A DNA stretch of 64,000 nucleotides from Candidatus Kapaibacteriales bacterium (GCA_965661945.1 CBFIFP010000001.1:638531-702530), one strand, 5' to 3'; shown: positions 15,733-26,284, counted from the stretch's first letter. Program-made: numbers and translations. The notes: generated from the sequence alone by a model not told the origin.

Positions 15733-18700
15733 ATGAAAGTTATTTCAAAAATAACATTTCTGATAGGGATTTTCTGTTTATTCTCAAATAATTTGCTTGC
15801 AGATGCGCAGGTTCAAATATTTCACAATTCTTCAGATCCCGCAGCTAATATAGTAGATATATATGTAAATGGTATGAAACCTGATGCATTAGATGATTTT
15901 AATTACAGAGAAGCAACTCCTTATATACCAATTCCTGCAGGAGTTGATGTTGTTGTTACAGTTGCAAATAGTAACTCTCAAAATGTGATGGATGGAGTAA
16001 TTCAGACTTTTGAACTGGGTCAATTGGTTGACAATCAAGAATACGTAGTTATTGCAAATGGTGTATTAAATACTGATGTATTCAATAGTCCTGATATGGA
16101 TAGAAATATAGCTTTTGACTTGAAGGTAATACCTGGTAAAAGAATGTCAGGAAGTATTGGACAGGTAGCTGTAAGTATTTATCATGGAGTTACTGATGCT
16201 CCTGCAGTTGATGTTTATATTGCATCTTCTGGTCAAGATTTTCCAGATGAACCACAAGTTCCAAATCTAGATTACGCTCAATCAACAGAGTTTTTAATGT
16301 TATCTGCAGGCTTCTACAACATAAGAATAACTGCTGCTGGTAATAAGGATGTTATAGTTGGAGATTATTCAGCTCCTTTAACAACTGCCGCTGGAATAGG
16401 TGCAGTTGTTGTTGCAAGTGGATTTTTATCTCCAGAAGATGAGAATAATGGAGCAGTAAACGCTAATATCTATAGCTTTGGATTGCTAGCTGTTGCTTCA
16501 GCAGGTATTGTTATTCCTTTACCGCAAGTTGATTTTGCAGCAGTTCAAATTATACACAATGCAGCAGACCCTGCAGCAGAAGTAGTTGATATATACGTTG
16601 GTGGAATGAAAGTTGGAGATGATATTCGTTTTAGAAATGCAACTACTTATGTACCAGTTGTAGCTGGTGAACCGGTTAATGTTTCAATAAATTTACCTAC
16701 TTCAAACAACTCTCAAGATGGTGCTTTAAAAACTTTCACATTACCTGCACTTGAAAAGAATTCTCAAACAACAATAATTGCAAATGGTGTTGCTGGAGAG
16801 GACTTTATTAATGGCGGCGAAGATCGTGATATTTCTTTAAATTTATTTGCTTCTCCAAGTAGAGCAGAAGCTAATAACTCAAATCAAATTGATGTAAATA
16901 TTTTTCATGGTTCAACTGACGCACCTGCTGTAGATATTTATGCTGATATTAATGGTGATCCTCTTGTGCCTAATTTTGATTACGGCGCATTTACCGGATA
17001 TGTGTCATTAGAACCTGCAGATTACGAATTAACTGTAACAGTTGCTGGTAATAAAGATGCTGTTGCTGGAAGATTTATTGCTCCTTTGAGTGATTTAGCT
17101 GGACAAACTGCTGTTGTTTTTGCTTCTGGATTTTTAGATACTGAAGCTCAACCAGGCGATGTATCTGAAGAGTTTTCTTTTGGCTTATATGCTGCATTCC
17201 CGAATGGTTTGGTAATTCCTTTAGAAAAAATTGAAGAAGAACCTGAACCAATGGCTTATGTACAAATTATTCATAATGCAGCTGACCCTGCAGCAAAATT
17301 TGTAGATATTTATATTGATGGAAATAAAGTTTTGACTAACTTTGAATTTAGAAGTGCAACTCAGTATTTAAGTTTAGCTCCAGGTATTGAATATGAGGTT
17401 TCTGTTAATTTACCAAATAGCACAAGCGTAGATGATGGTCAAATTGGCGTGTTTAATTTACCTGCTTTAATGGCTGATACTGATTATGTAGTTGTGGCTA
17501 ATGGAGTAGCTGGTGATGGCTTTACTAATGGCGCTGATGGAAGAGATATTACATTTCAATTATTCCCAACTGGTGGTAGAAAAACTGGTTCAAATGCTGA
17601 GCAAGTTGATATAAATGTATTCCATGGTTCAACTGACGCACCTGCTGTAGATATTTATGCAGATTTAGAAGCTGATCCTTTAGTTCCAAATTTAGATTAT
17701 GGTAGCTTTACTAATTATGTTAGTTTACCAGCTGATAATTATATTTTATCTATTACTGTTGCTGGAAACAAAGAAGCTCTAGCTGGTCAATTTATAGCTC
17801 CACTTTCAGCTTTACAGGGTGAAGCGTTAGTAGTTTTTGCTTCAGGATTTTTATCTACTGAATCTCAACCTGATAATGTTACAGAAGAATATGCTTTTGG
17901 TATTTATGCAGCTTTGGCAGATGGAACAGTTATTCAATTACCTGTATATGAAGAAACAGATGCTAACACAGCATTTATTCAAATTGTACATAATTCAGCT
18001 GACCCAGCAGCAGCAGAAGTTGACATATATGTTAATGGTGAATTAGCTCTTGATAATTTCTCATTTAGATCCGCAACTCGTTATTTACCATTTAATGTAA
18101 ACGAAAGTTATGAAATTTCTGTAAACTTACCAACTAGTACAAGCGTAGAAGAAGGTCAAGTTAAAACTTTTGTTCTACCTACTCTTGAAGCGGGTGCTGA
18201 ATATATAGCTATTGCTAATGGTGTTGTTGGCGAAGGATTTAACTCAGGTGCTGAAGGAAGAGATATTGCATTTAATTTACACATTATTGAAGGAATGGCT
18301 GCTTCATCAGCGGAAAATTTATTAATGTTTAATGCTTTTCATGGTGTTACTGACGCACCTGCAGTTGATGTATTTGACGATTTATTTAATCCAGTAATTC
18401 TTAACTTGGATTACGCTAATGATAACGGATGGACAGCAATCGAAGTTACTCAAGATTGGGATTTAACTGTTACAGCTCATAACTCACCAGAAACTGTTGT
18501 TGGCACCTATTATGCGCCTTTAACAAGTTTTGTAGGCTCAAGTATTTTAGTTATGGCATCTGGATTTTTATCTACTGCAGATGAACCAAATGCAACAAAT
18601 GATCAAGATTTTGGATTATTTGTTGTTACATCAAGAGGTGATGTAATTCCTCTAGATCTTGTTGGCTCTGTAAATAAGCAACTTTCTAATCTTGCTTCTT

Positions 18701-18921
18701 TGTATCCTAACCCTGCAAGAGAGCAAATACAAATTGATATTAATCAAGCAATTCCAAGTTCGTTCAAAGTTTATAATTCAAAATCTGAATTAATGTTATC
18801 TCAAAATGTTACATCTACAAATGTAACACTTGATTTAACAAGTTTTAATTCTGGAACATACTTTATTTTGGTTGAAACAAACAAAGGTCAAGTATTCAAG
18901 AAATTTGTTGTAAATAAATAA
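15733..18921 (+). CDS. Secreted repeat protein: eight DUF4397-like modules in four double units plus a T9SS C-terminal sorting domain
   Basis: Signal peptide. Recurring VQI(I/F)HN(A/S)ADPAA..VDIY(V/I).G and (F/Y)HG(S/V)TDAPAVD(I/V)Y motifs, which match my memory of the DUF4397 signature. C-terminal LYPNPAREQIQIDIN...TLDLTSFNSGTYFILVETNKGQVFKKFVVNK is a por-secretion tail. An AAGAGG SD precedes the ATG. Confidence 0.75.
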   Translation: MKVISKITFLIGIFCLFSNNLLADAQVQIFHNSSDPAANIVDIYVNGMKPDALDDFNYREATPYIPIPAGVDVVVTVANSNSQNVMDGVIQTFELGQLVDNQEYVVIANGVLNTDVFNSPDMDRNIAFDLKVIPGKRMSGSIGQVAVSIYHGVTDAPAVDVYIASSGQDFPDEPQVPNLDYAQSTEFLMLSAGFYNIRITAAGNKDVIVGDYSAPLTTAAGIGAVVVASGFLSPEDENNGAVNANIYSFGLLAVASAGIVIPLPQVDFAAVQIIHNAADPAAEVVDIYVGGMKVGDDIRFRNATTYVPVVAGEPVNVSINLPTSNNSQDGALKTFTLPALEKNSQTTIIANGVAGEDFINGGEDRDISLNLFASPSRAEANNSNQIDVNIFHGSTDAPAVDIYADINGDPLVPNFDYGAFTGYVSLEPADYELTVTVAGNKDAVAGRFIAPLSDLAGQTAVVFASGFLDTEAQPGDVSEEFSFGLYAAFPNGLVIPLEKIEEEPEPMAYVQIIHNAADPAAKFVDIYIDGNKVLTNFEFRSATQYLSLAPGIEYEVSVNLPNSTSVDDGQIGVFNLPALMADTDYVVVANGVAGDGFTNGADGRDITFQLFPTGGRKTGSNAEQVDINVFHGSTDAPAVDIYADLEADPLVPNLDYGSFTNYVSLPADNYILSITVAGNKEALAGQFIAPLSALQGEALVVFASGFLSTESQPDNVTEEYAFGIYAALADGTVIQLPVYEETDANTAFIQIVHNSADPAAAEVDIYVNGELALDNFSFRSATRYLPFNVNESYEISVNLPTSTSVEEGQVKTFVLPTLEAGAEYIAIANGVVGEGFNSGAEGRDIAFNLHIIEGMAASSAENLLMFNAFHGVTDAPAVDVFDDLFNPVILNLDYANDNGWTAIEVTQDWDLTVTAHNSPETVVGTYYAPLTSFVGSSILVMASGFLSTADEPNATNDQDFGLFVVTSRGDVIPLDLVGSVNKQLSNLASLYPNPAREQIQIDINQAIPSSFKVYNSKSELMLSQNVTSTNVTLDLTSFNSGTYFILVETNKGQVFKKFVVNK
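15805..18660 (+). repeat. Four in-frame tandem repeats of ~717-732 nt inside the DUF4397 gene
   Basis: Unit starts are at about 15805, 16537, 17254 and 17971 (each VQI.HN..DPAA). Units 2 and 3 share an identical 38-nt run (16906-16943 = 17623-17660). Confidence 0.8.
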
Positions 18922-18946
18922 CCCCTTTATTGAAAACAACAATAAT

Positions 18947-18978
18947 AAGCCGAGTAGAAATACTCGGCTTATTTTTTT
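18947..18978 (+). terminator. Rho-independent terminator
   Basis: AAGCCGAGTA-GAAA-TACTCGGCTT hairpin followed by a T-run. Confidence 0.7.
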
Positions 18979-19036
18979 AGTTTTTTTTTGAATAAATTTT
19001 TAAAGTCTTTCTTATAAATCTTTTTAAAGCATATAT

Positions 19037-19993
19037 TTAATAATAAATTACACTATCAATATCAACTGAAAAGTTTACTTCTGTTTCGAGTGGAATATTT
19101 TCATCAGTGATTGTAAAGAATAACTGGTCTTCAAGTTCTAAAGTTATATGATGTTTATCATAATGTGGGGTGGAAAGAACTACATTAGCTTTTAAATTTC
19201 CTTCATTTAATTTAATCGAATATGGAAATATACCAATTAGAGAATTATGTTTAATACCAAATGGATCTGGCTTTAGAACATTTATATTTTTGAAAAGTTT
19301 TGATATATATTCATTATTTGGTTTTGTGTATAAGATATTGTAATTATTATCAGAGATAATTTTACCTTCTTTCATTACTAAAATCCTATCGGCAAGTATT
19401 GCAGCATCTTGGGTATCGTGAGTAACAAGAATTGTTGTTAATTTACTATCTTTTAATACTTTTCGGAAATAAGTTCTTAAGTTATTCTTTGTGTTTTCAT
19501 CTAAGTTACTGAATGGCTCGTCAAGTAGGATTAAATCTGGTTTTAAAAGTAATGTTCTCATGAGTGCAACTCTTTGTTGCTGCCCACCTGATATTTGGTG
19601 TGGGTAACGTGATTCTAATTCATTTATATTACTGATAGATAATAATTCTTGATATTTAGATTTGTCGTTAATATTACCTTTTAATGCTAATTCAAGATTT
19701 TCTTTTATTGTTAAATGCGGGAAGAGCGAATGTTCTTGAAAAAGAATTGAAATATTTCTGTCTTCAGGTTTTACAAAGGTTTTATCGCCTACAATTTTTC
19801 TTTCATTTAAAATAATATCTCCAGAATCAGCATATTCAAAACCAGAAATTAGTTTTAAAAGCGTAGATTTTCCGCACCCACTTTCTCCAATCAAACAAAC
19901 TATCTCACCTAAGTCAATATTCAAATTAATATTGTGGCAAGCAACCACATCATTGTAATTTTTATTTAAGTTTAATATTTCTAAATTAGGCAT
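19037..19993 (-). CDS. ABC transporter ATP-binding protein (FbpC/PotA-type importer ATPase)
   Basis: Walker A GESGCGKSTLLK, signature ISGGQQQRVAL, Walker B LILLDEPFSNLD, plus a C-terminal regulatory/TOBE-like extension. Confidence 0.8.
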   Translation of the reverse strand: MPNLEILNLNKNYNDVVACHNINLNIDLGEIVCLIGESGCGKSTLLKLISGFEYADSGDIILNERKIVGDKTFVKPEDRNISILFQEHSLFPHLTIKENLELALKGNINDKSKYQELLSISNINELESRYPHQISGGQQQRVALMRTLLLKPDLILLDEPFSNLDENTKNNLRTYFRKVLKDSKLTTILVTHDTQDAAILADRILVMKEGKIISDNNYNILYTKPNNEYISKLFKNINVLKPDPFGIKHNSLIGIFPYSIKLNEGNLKANVVLSTPHYDKHHITLELEDQLFFTITDENIPLETEVNFSVDIDSVIYY

Positions 19994-19994
19994 A

Positions 19995-21530
19995 TCATTT
20001 CTTCAATTTATTAAAAAATAATATTGGTATTATACCAATTAAAATAATCATTAGAGCAGGTAGAGAAGCTTCTTTAAGCATTTCATCACCCGCGAAATCA
20101 AATGTTCGGGTTGCAAGTGTGTCAAAATTAAATGGTCTGAGAATTAAGGTTAGGGGTAATTCTTTTGTAATATCAACAAATGTGAGGATAAAAGCAGATA
20201 GTATTACTTTTTTCATTATTGGAATATTTATTTTTATTAAAGATTTTAACGGAGAGTTTCCTAAAGACCTGTATGTTTTGTCATATTCATTTCCTAAACT
20301 CTCAAATCCAGCGTTTATGGTATTAAAAGAAACAGCAATAAATCTTATTATTAAGGCAAATATTAAAAGAAATATTGTAGAATTTATTGATATAGATAGA
20401 CTTGATATTAAGTTGTTTTCAATAAAACTTAAAACTACAATACAGGAGATAGCTATTACAGCTCCAGGGATTGCATATCCAGAAGTTGATGTTTTTGTTA
20501 TTAGGTTCACAAAGGTGAAGTTATTTAATTTATTTGAATAAATTAAAATAATTGAAAAAATAATTATAATTATTGATGTTAAAAATGACACTAAAAATGA
20601 ATTAAATGTAATAGTCATTATTTCAGAGTAATAAGTGTAATTGCTAAGAGTAAGTGCATTTTTCAAAATCAATGTAAATGGTAAAATAAACGAAAATATA
20701 TTAATGATTATAATAAAACTTAAAACAAATAAATTATTAGTTGGTGATAATTTTTGAAGGTTTGCGATTTTTTTGTTTCTTTTAAATTCAAAGCTTTTAT
20801 TTTTTTTTAAATAATAATCTAAAGCAAAAAGTAAACAAACAAATAAAAATAAATATAAAGATAGATTTAAAGCAGAGTCGAGGGAACCCATTCCTAACCA
20901 AACTTTAAATATTCCTACAGTAAAAGTATTAAGTCCAAAATATTTAACCGCTCCATATTCATTTAATAGTTCCATTATTATTAAGAATCCCCCACCGATT
21001 ATAGCAGGTCTTGATAATGGAAGTAGAATTTTAAGGGCAATTTTTATTTTTGATATTTTTAGTGATATTGCTGTGTTTATTAATTGCTCAGGAAGTGAAG
21101 AGAAATAGACCCTAAGAGCAATGTATAGATATGGAAAAAGTGAAAATGATAAAATAAATATTAGATTTATAGTATTGAAGAAATTAAATCTTACAAATGA
21201 AGTTTGATCTAATCCAAGAATCTCTTGAAGCAAATAAAAATCTCCTGAATATGAAAAAAAATCACTGTAAGTATATGCCATTATATAAGATGGTATTGCT
21301 AAAGGGAATATCATCAATATATCAAAAAGCTTTCTGAATTTGATGTCAAAAAAACTTATATAATAAGCTGATATGTATGAAATAACTAAGGATATTATTG
21401 GAACAGGAATTATGATTATTAAAGTATTTGATAGATAATTAAATAATTGATTTTCGAATATATGTTCCCATATAATAGTATTAAGAGAGAAACTGCTTGA
21501 CAATAAACTAATTATCGGACTAATTAACAA
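19995..21530 (-). CDS. ABC transporter permease, duplicated BPD-type (FbpB-like iron(III) family)
   Basis: About 12 TM segments in two halves, adjacent to the ATPase with a 1-nt gap. Called from a TTG start, but the hydrophobic frame continues upstream (KIWLLTSTIIILL) without a canonical start, so the 5' end is uncertain. Confidence 0.7.
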   Translation of the reverse strand: MLISPIISLLSSSFSLNTIIWEHIFENQLFNYLSNTLIIIIPVPIISLVISYISAYYISFFDIKFRKLFDILMIFPLAIPSYIMAYTYSDFFSYSGDFYLLQEILGLDQTSFVRFNFFNTINLIFILSFSLFPYLYIALRVYFSSLPEQLINTAISLKISKIKIALKILLPLSRPAIIGGGFLIIMELLNEYGAVKYFGLNTFTVGIFKVWLGMGSLDSALNLSLYLFLFVCLLFALDYYLKKNKSFEFKRNKKIANLQKLSPTNNLFVLSFIIIINIFSFILPFTLILKNALTLSNYTYYSEIMTITFNSFLVSFLTSIIIIIFSIILIYSNKLNNFTFVNLITKTSTSGYAIPGAVIAISCIVVLSFIENNLISSLSISINSTIFLLIFALIIRFIAVSFNTINAGFESLGNEYDKTYRSLGNSPLKSLIKINIPIMKKVILSAFILTFVDITKELPLTLILRPFNFDTLATRTFDFAGDEMLKEASLPALMIILIGIIPILFFNKLKK

Positions 21531-21704
21531 TAGTATTATTATAGTTGAAGTTAAGAGCCATATTTTATATAGTTTATTGATTCAGATACCTTTTTAGTTA
21601 ATTTTAAAATACAAAATTAAGGGATTTTTAGAACTTTATTACTATTATGTAAATTTTCTTTTTATTTATTTTATCCTTAATTTTGAAAATTAAAGGAAAC
21701 AAAA

Positions 21705-22415
21705 ATGAAGATTGGCTACACAAAAAATTTAATTAGTGATTTACTTTTGAAAGAAAATTTAACTAAGACTCAAGATGTTGAACTTATAAATTTATCTCAA
21801 GATGATATTATCACAAAAATAAGAAATGGAATTTTAGAGGGTGGACTTATAGACCCAGTTACTTATGCAAAACTTAAGAAGGATGTAGATGTTAGGATTA
21901 TCCCTACTACTTGTTTGTTTTTGGAGGATTTTACTAATATTATTGGTTTGAATATTACTTCTAATTATAAAGATTTGAATAAATTAAGTATTCCTTTTGA
22001 GAGTGAATATCTTTTTGATATATCTAAGATTATATTAAATGAAAGGTATGAAATAGATTTGATGAATGTGCCCTCTGTGGGAGGTTCTGAGATAGTATTT
22101 AGTCATCCAGAGGCAATATTAGATATAAGTGAGGACTGGTTTGAATCTTTTAAATTTGGACTTCCTATGCTGTTTTGGGTTGTAAAATATGAAGATGGTA
22201 AAGTGCTTGTGGAAGATTATATTAATATTTTTAATACTCTTACTATCTCTTCTAACGAGGACATTATAAATAATGATAACACTCGTCATGGAAGAATAAC
22301 CAGGAATTGGGATAGTGAATGCGAAAAGTATTTGGATGAAACTTTAGAGTTATTATTTTATAATAATTTAGTAAAAGAGCTTCACTGTTCGAAGATATAT
22401 TCTAATGAAGAATAG
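21705..22415 (+). CDS. Hypothetical protein, possibly MqnA-like / periplasmic-binding-fold family
   Basis: The weak resemblance is from memory only. LDISEDWFESFKFGLPMLFWVVKYED resembles the DLGeeW..tGLPFVFAvW segment of chorismate dehydratase MqnA. Confidence 0.35.
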   Translation: MKIGYTKNLISDLLLKENLTKTQDVELINLSQDDIITKIRNGILEGGLIDPVTYAKLKKDVDVRIIPTTCLFLEDFTNIIGLNITSNYKDLNKLSIPFESEYLFDISKIILNERYEIDLMNVPSVGGSEIVFSHPEAILDISEDWFESFKFGLPMLFWVVKYEDGKVLVEDYINIFNTLTISSNEDIINNDNTRHGRITRNWDSECEKYLDETLELLFYNNLVKELHCSKIYSNEE

Positions 22416-22462
22416 TTTTTAATAATTGAATATGATATTATATTTTTTTTGAAATATTAAAA

Positions 22463-22495
22463 CAAAAAAAAGACACGATAAAACGTGTCTTTTTA
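22463..22495. terminator. Bidirectional rho-independent terminator
   Basis: A-run, then AGACACG-ATAAAA-CGTGTCT, then a T-run, between convergent genes. Confidence 0.55.
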
Positions 22496-22514
22496 ATTAA
22501 TTTGAATATTTTTT

Positions 22515-23396
22515 TTATTCTGCTCTGTTGTTGGTTTTGTCTTGGGTTATTGTTGCTGAGTCTCTTGAAATATTATGTACTTCAAACCAGCCAAGAGCCT
22601 TAGGTCCGTTGGGGTTTATGTTTTTAATGTTTGAAGGTACATTTGTTAAAGGAGTAGCAAATAAACCTGCATTGTTTAGTTGGTCTTGCATTATTAACCA
22701 AAAATCAGCAAATTCCGATGATACAGAATATAATTCAACTTCAAGCTCATCACCGAATTCTAATCTTTCACCAAATTCTGTACTGTTAGGAGTTATACTA
22801 AGTCTAACAGGTGCTATAAAAGGAACCTGATCTGTAACTGAACCTCTACCTGTTGCTGCATCAAATGCTATTGTAGTTCTATCTGTATATTTTCCATTTA
22901 GTTTACTTCTTACCCAATAAACATCACCTATTCCCATTAAATCTACACCCCAAAATTGTGCAACTATAAGAGAATCAACATCTCCAAAGAATACTGATTC
23001 TTTAGTCCATGTAATTGAATCAATTGGAGGAACAGGTCTGGTACTGCTTGTTGCTAGGTATTTTTGATTGTTATACTCTATTTCTAAAGTATAATTAATT
23101 CCTGGTTTAAAAGGTTCTTCATCAGTTACGAATGTGTAAGTTGAAGTATTATTATTTTCAAGAAGTATTTCATTTCCTTGGCTGTCGATTATTTTAACAG
23201 TTGCTTCACTTACGGGTAATATTTCTTGATTAAAATACGCGCTTGAAAGTGATAAAAAAACTTTTTGTTCTCTGGCTTCATTAGTTAATACAGCATCTAC
23301 TACAAGTTGTGGAAAACCATTATCTATATTAATATCAATTGGATCTTCGCAAGAGATTAAATAAAGAGTTATAATGATTAATATTATTTTTTTCAT
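22515..23396 (-). CDS. DUF4249-like lipoprotein, partner of the upstream TonB-dependent receptor
   Basis: Lipobox (LYLISCEDP) followed by PQLVVDAVLTNEAREQKVFLSLSSAY, typical of DUF4249. Overlaps the receptor gene by 4 nt. Confidence 0.6.
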   Translation of the reverse strand: MKKIILIIITLYLISCEDPIDINIDNGFPQLVVDAVLTNEAREQKVFLSLSSAYFNQEILPVSEATVKIIDSQGNEILLENNNTSTYTFVTDEEPFKPGINYTLEIEYNNQKYLATSSTRPVPPIDSITWTKESVFFGDVDSLIVAQFWGVDLMGIGDVYWVRSKLNGKYTDRTTIAFDAATGRGSVTDQVPFIAPVRLSITPNSTEFGERLEFGDELEVELYSVSSEFADFWLIMQDQLNNAGLFATPLTNVPSNIKNINPNGPKALGWFEVHNISRDSATITQDKTNNRAE

Positions 23397-25750
23397 TTTT
23401 TACCTAAGTTTTGTACGTCAAAATTAAAATTATAAGAAACTGAAGGAACTATAGAACCAATTATACTTAATCGGGTTGCTTGTGGTATTCCTTGACCGTT
23501 TAACTCTGGAAATACTGAAAACGCATTTCTTCTGTTGTAAACGTTATAAATTGAAAAAACCCATTCTCCTTTCCACCAGTCGTCTGGTTCGCTGAAAGGT
23601 TTGTAAGTACCAGATAAGTCTAATCTGTGATAAGCCGGTATTCTATTTCCGTTTCTTTGGTTAAAAGCGTTGTGTGGAATGTATTGACCTTGATAGAAAT
23701 ATCCATTAGTTGGGAATGTTGCTGGAGTTCCAGTAGTGTATGTAAAGTTGCTGGATAGTTCCCATTTTTTTGTTAATTTGTAGAATGCTACTATGTTTAA
23801 AACATGAGTTCTGTCAAATCTTGCTGGAAACCAGTCAAAATTATTAATACCTTCTACAAGTCTTTCGGAACGAGCAAGAGTATAACTTATCCAACCGTTA
23901 AAATCGCCTTTTGTTTTTTTGATATAAAACTCTGCTCCATATGCACGACCTTTTCCGAATAGAAAATCTCCTTCAAGAAATTCATTAAGTAGAGGGTCGG
24001 AACCATCTCTATATTCTATTTGATTTTGAAGGTCTTTATAAAATACTTCAACTGAGGTTTCAAAAAGGTTATCATCAAAATTTTGGAAGTAACCTATAGC
24101 ATATTGGTCAGCTAATTGAGGTTGCAAGTTGTTAGTAGACGGTGTCCATAAATCTAAAGGAGTCGCTGCTGCTGTGTTTGATACTAAATGTAGATATTGC
24201 ACCATTCTGTTGTATGATAATTTGATTGAATTAACATCAGATAAGATATAATTCATGCTAAATCTTGGCTCAAGATTCATATAGTCTGATATATTTTCCC
24301 AATCATCTGCTTGATAAGTGTTAATAACTGGTTTTGGAAGACCTATTGTTGTATCTCCATAGTCATAATAAGTTCCAGGTCCTAAGTAAGAGAAGTAAGA
24401 ACCACGAAGACCATATTTAAAGGAGAGTACATCCGTAGGGTTCCACTCGTGACCGATGTAGGTAGCAATTTGGCCTGCATAACGTTTATCAAGAGAAATT
24501 GGAACGCTTATTCCATTAGATATACCCACTGCGTTACCTGGTTCAAAATCATAATAAATTGCTTCAGCTCCAAAATTGATTATGCTTTTTGGAGATAGAT
24601 AGTAAGTGAAGTCATTTTTTAAGGATTGGGTTACTATATTTGAATTCCAATCAAATCTATCTAAATTTCCTTCACCAAATCCAAGAACATAATCATAATT
24701 TGAGTAATAATAAGTAAGGTTTGAGAATAATTTATCGCTAAATAAGTGATTCCATCTTATTGTCCCTGTTTGGCTTCCCCAGTTAAATATGAATCCAGCA
24801 CCAAAAACATCTCTTCCAAAATATCCTGAAACAAATAATGTATTTTTGTCATCAATTTTCCAATTTGCTTTAGCAGTTAAGTCATAAAAATAGAATTGTG
24901 AACCTTCTAAATCGTCTGGTAAGAATGGTCCTGCAAGAACGTCTATATAAGACCTACGACCTGCTACAAGGAATGAAACTTTATCTTCAATTATTGGTCC
25001 TTCTACAGCAAATCGAGAAAATATAGCCCCTACTCCTCCATCTACATTGAATTTACGTGCATTTCCTTCTTTTAAGCGTACATCTAATATAGAGGATAAT
25101 CGACCTCCATATTCAGAGCCGATTCCACCTTTTACTAATTTAACATCTTTTACTGCGTCTGGATTAAATACAGAAAAGAATCCAAACAGGTGAGATGAGT
25201 TATAAACCGGTGCTTCGTCAAGTAAAACAAGGTTTTGGTCTATTCCCCCTCCTCTTACGTTAAACCCAGTAGCTCCTTCGCCTACTGTAGAAACTCCAGG
25301 AAGAAGCTGAATTGACCTGATTACATCAACTTCTCCTAATAATGCAGGCATTTTTTTAATTACTTCAGTATTCACTGAAATTGAAGACATTTCTATTGTT
25401 TTAATGTTTTGGTCTTCTTTTTCTGCGGTTACTATAACTTCATCAGTTCCAAGCGATGAAGAAGTAATTTCAAAATCAATTTTTTTATTATCATCTAATA
25501 TTATTTCTTTTGAAAAGTTTTCATATCCTACGTAAGATATTTGAATGGTGTATTTACCTTTTGGGATTGAGATTGAGTAGAATCCGTAAGCGTTTGAATA
25601 TGCTCCGGTTTTAAGTTCTACTACTGATATACTTGCTCCGATTAGAGTTTCGCCCGAAGATTTGTCTTTGATGTATCCGCTAAGTGTTTTGTTTTCTTGT
25701 GATTTAGTAGTCGATAAGAAAATCAGTATTAAGAGAATTACTTGTTTCAT
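23393..25750 (-). CDS. TonB-dependent receptor with N-terminal carboxypeptidase-regulatory-like domain
   Basis: LSGYIKDKSSGETLIGASISVVELKTGAYSNAYGFYSISIPKGKYTIQISYVGYE (CarboxypepD_reg), a plug region (IRSIQLLPGVS...GFNVRGGGIDQNLVLLDEAPVYN), and a long beta-barrel. Confidence 0.85.
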   Translation of the reverse strand: MKQVILLILIFLSTTKSQENKTLSGYIKDKSSGETLIGASISVVELKTGAYSNAYGFYSISIPKGKYTIQISYVGYENFSKEIILDDNKKIDFEITSSSLGTDEVIVTAEKEDQNIKTIEMSSISVNTEVIKKMPALLGEVDVIRSIQLLPGVSTVGEGATGFNVRGGGIDQNLVLLDEAPVYNSSHLFGFFSVFNPDAVKDVKLVKGGIGSEYGGRLSSILDVRLKEGNARKFNVDGGVGAIFSRFAVEGPIIEDKVSFLVAGRRSYIDVLAGPFLPDDLEGSQFYFYDLTAKANWKIDDKNTLFVSGYFGRDVFGAGFIFNWGSQTGTIRWNHLFSDKLFSNLTYYYSNYDYVLGFGEGNLDRFDWNSNIVTQSLKNDFTYYLSPKSIINFGAEAIYYDFEPGNAVGISNGISVPISLDKRYAGQIATYIGHEWNPTDVLSFKYGLRGSYFSYLGPGTYYDYGDTTIGLPKPVINTYQADDWENISDYMNLEPRFSMNYILSDVNSIKLSYNRMVQYLHLVSNTAAATPLDLWTPSTNNLQPQLADQYAIGYFQNFDDNLFETSVEVFYKDLQNQIEYRDGSDPLLNEFLEGDFLFGKGRAYGAEFYIKKTKGDFNGWISYTLARSERLVEGINNFDWFPARFDRTHVLNIVAFYKLTKKWELSSNFTYTTGTPATFPTNGYFYQGQYIPHNAFNQRNGNRIPAYHRLDLSGTYKPFSEPDDWWKGEWVFSIYNVYNRRNAFSVFPELNGQGIPQATRLSIIGSIVPSVSYNFNFDVQNLGKK

Positions 25751-25864
25751 TAAGTTTTTATGTCCTATTTTTTTTGTTAAAACGAAATTTTTTATGAAAA
25801 GTTGTTATAAGTACATAAAATAACATTAAACTTAAAATAGGTTCAAAATTTTAAAATATTTTAT

Positions 25865-25897
25865 AAAAAAAAAGACCACAAAATGTGGTCTTTTTTA
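25865..25897 (-). terminator. Rho-independent terminator downstream of rplS
   Basis: AGACCACA-AAA-TGTGGTCT hairpin flanked by A- and T-runs. Confidence 0.6.
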
Positions 25898-25903
25898 AAA
25901 TCA

Positions 25904-26284
25904 TTAGCTAAGTTTTTGTTTAGTTTTCTTATCGCTCATTCCACGTAAGTAGAATAATTTCGCTCTTCGAACTTTACCAACTTTTAATACTTCTATTTTT
26001 TGGATGTGAGGAGAGTAAATTGGGAAAATCCTTTCAACTCCAACACCGTTTGAAATTTTTCTAACAGTAAAAGTTTCACTTAATCCGCCACCTTGTTTTG
26101 CAATTACAATACCTTTGTAGTTTTGGATTCTTTCTTTATTACCTTCAGATACTCTAACAGCAACATTTATTTGGTCGCCAGCTTTGAATTGTGGGCGCTC
26201 TTGAAAAGAATCGCCATCTTTTTCTTTTCTAATGCTTAAAGCTTTTTCTTTAAACATTTCATTCATTAAAATTAACTTATCCAT
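25904..26284 (-). CDS. rplS: 50S ribosomal protein L19
   Basis: [68 protein letters not shown] prefer the ATG at 26284 (MDKLILMNE...) over the ORF-track start at 26344. Confidence 0.9.
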   Translation of the reverse strand: MDKLILMNEMFKEKALSIRKEKDGDSFQERPQFKAGDQINVAVRVSEGNKERIQNYKGIVIAKQGGGLSETFTVRKISNGVGVERIFPIYSPHIQKIEVLKVGKVRRAKLFYLRGMSDKKTKQKLS

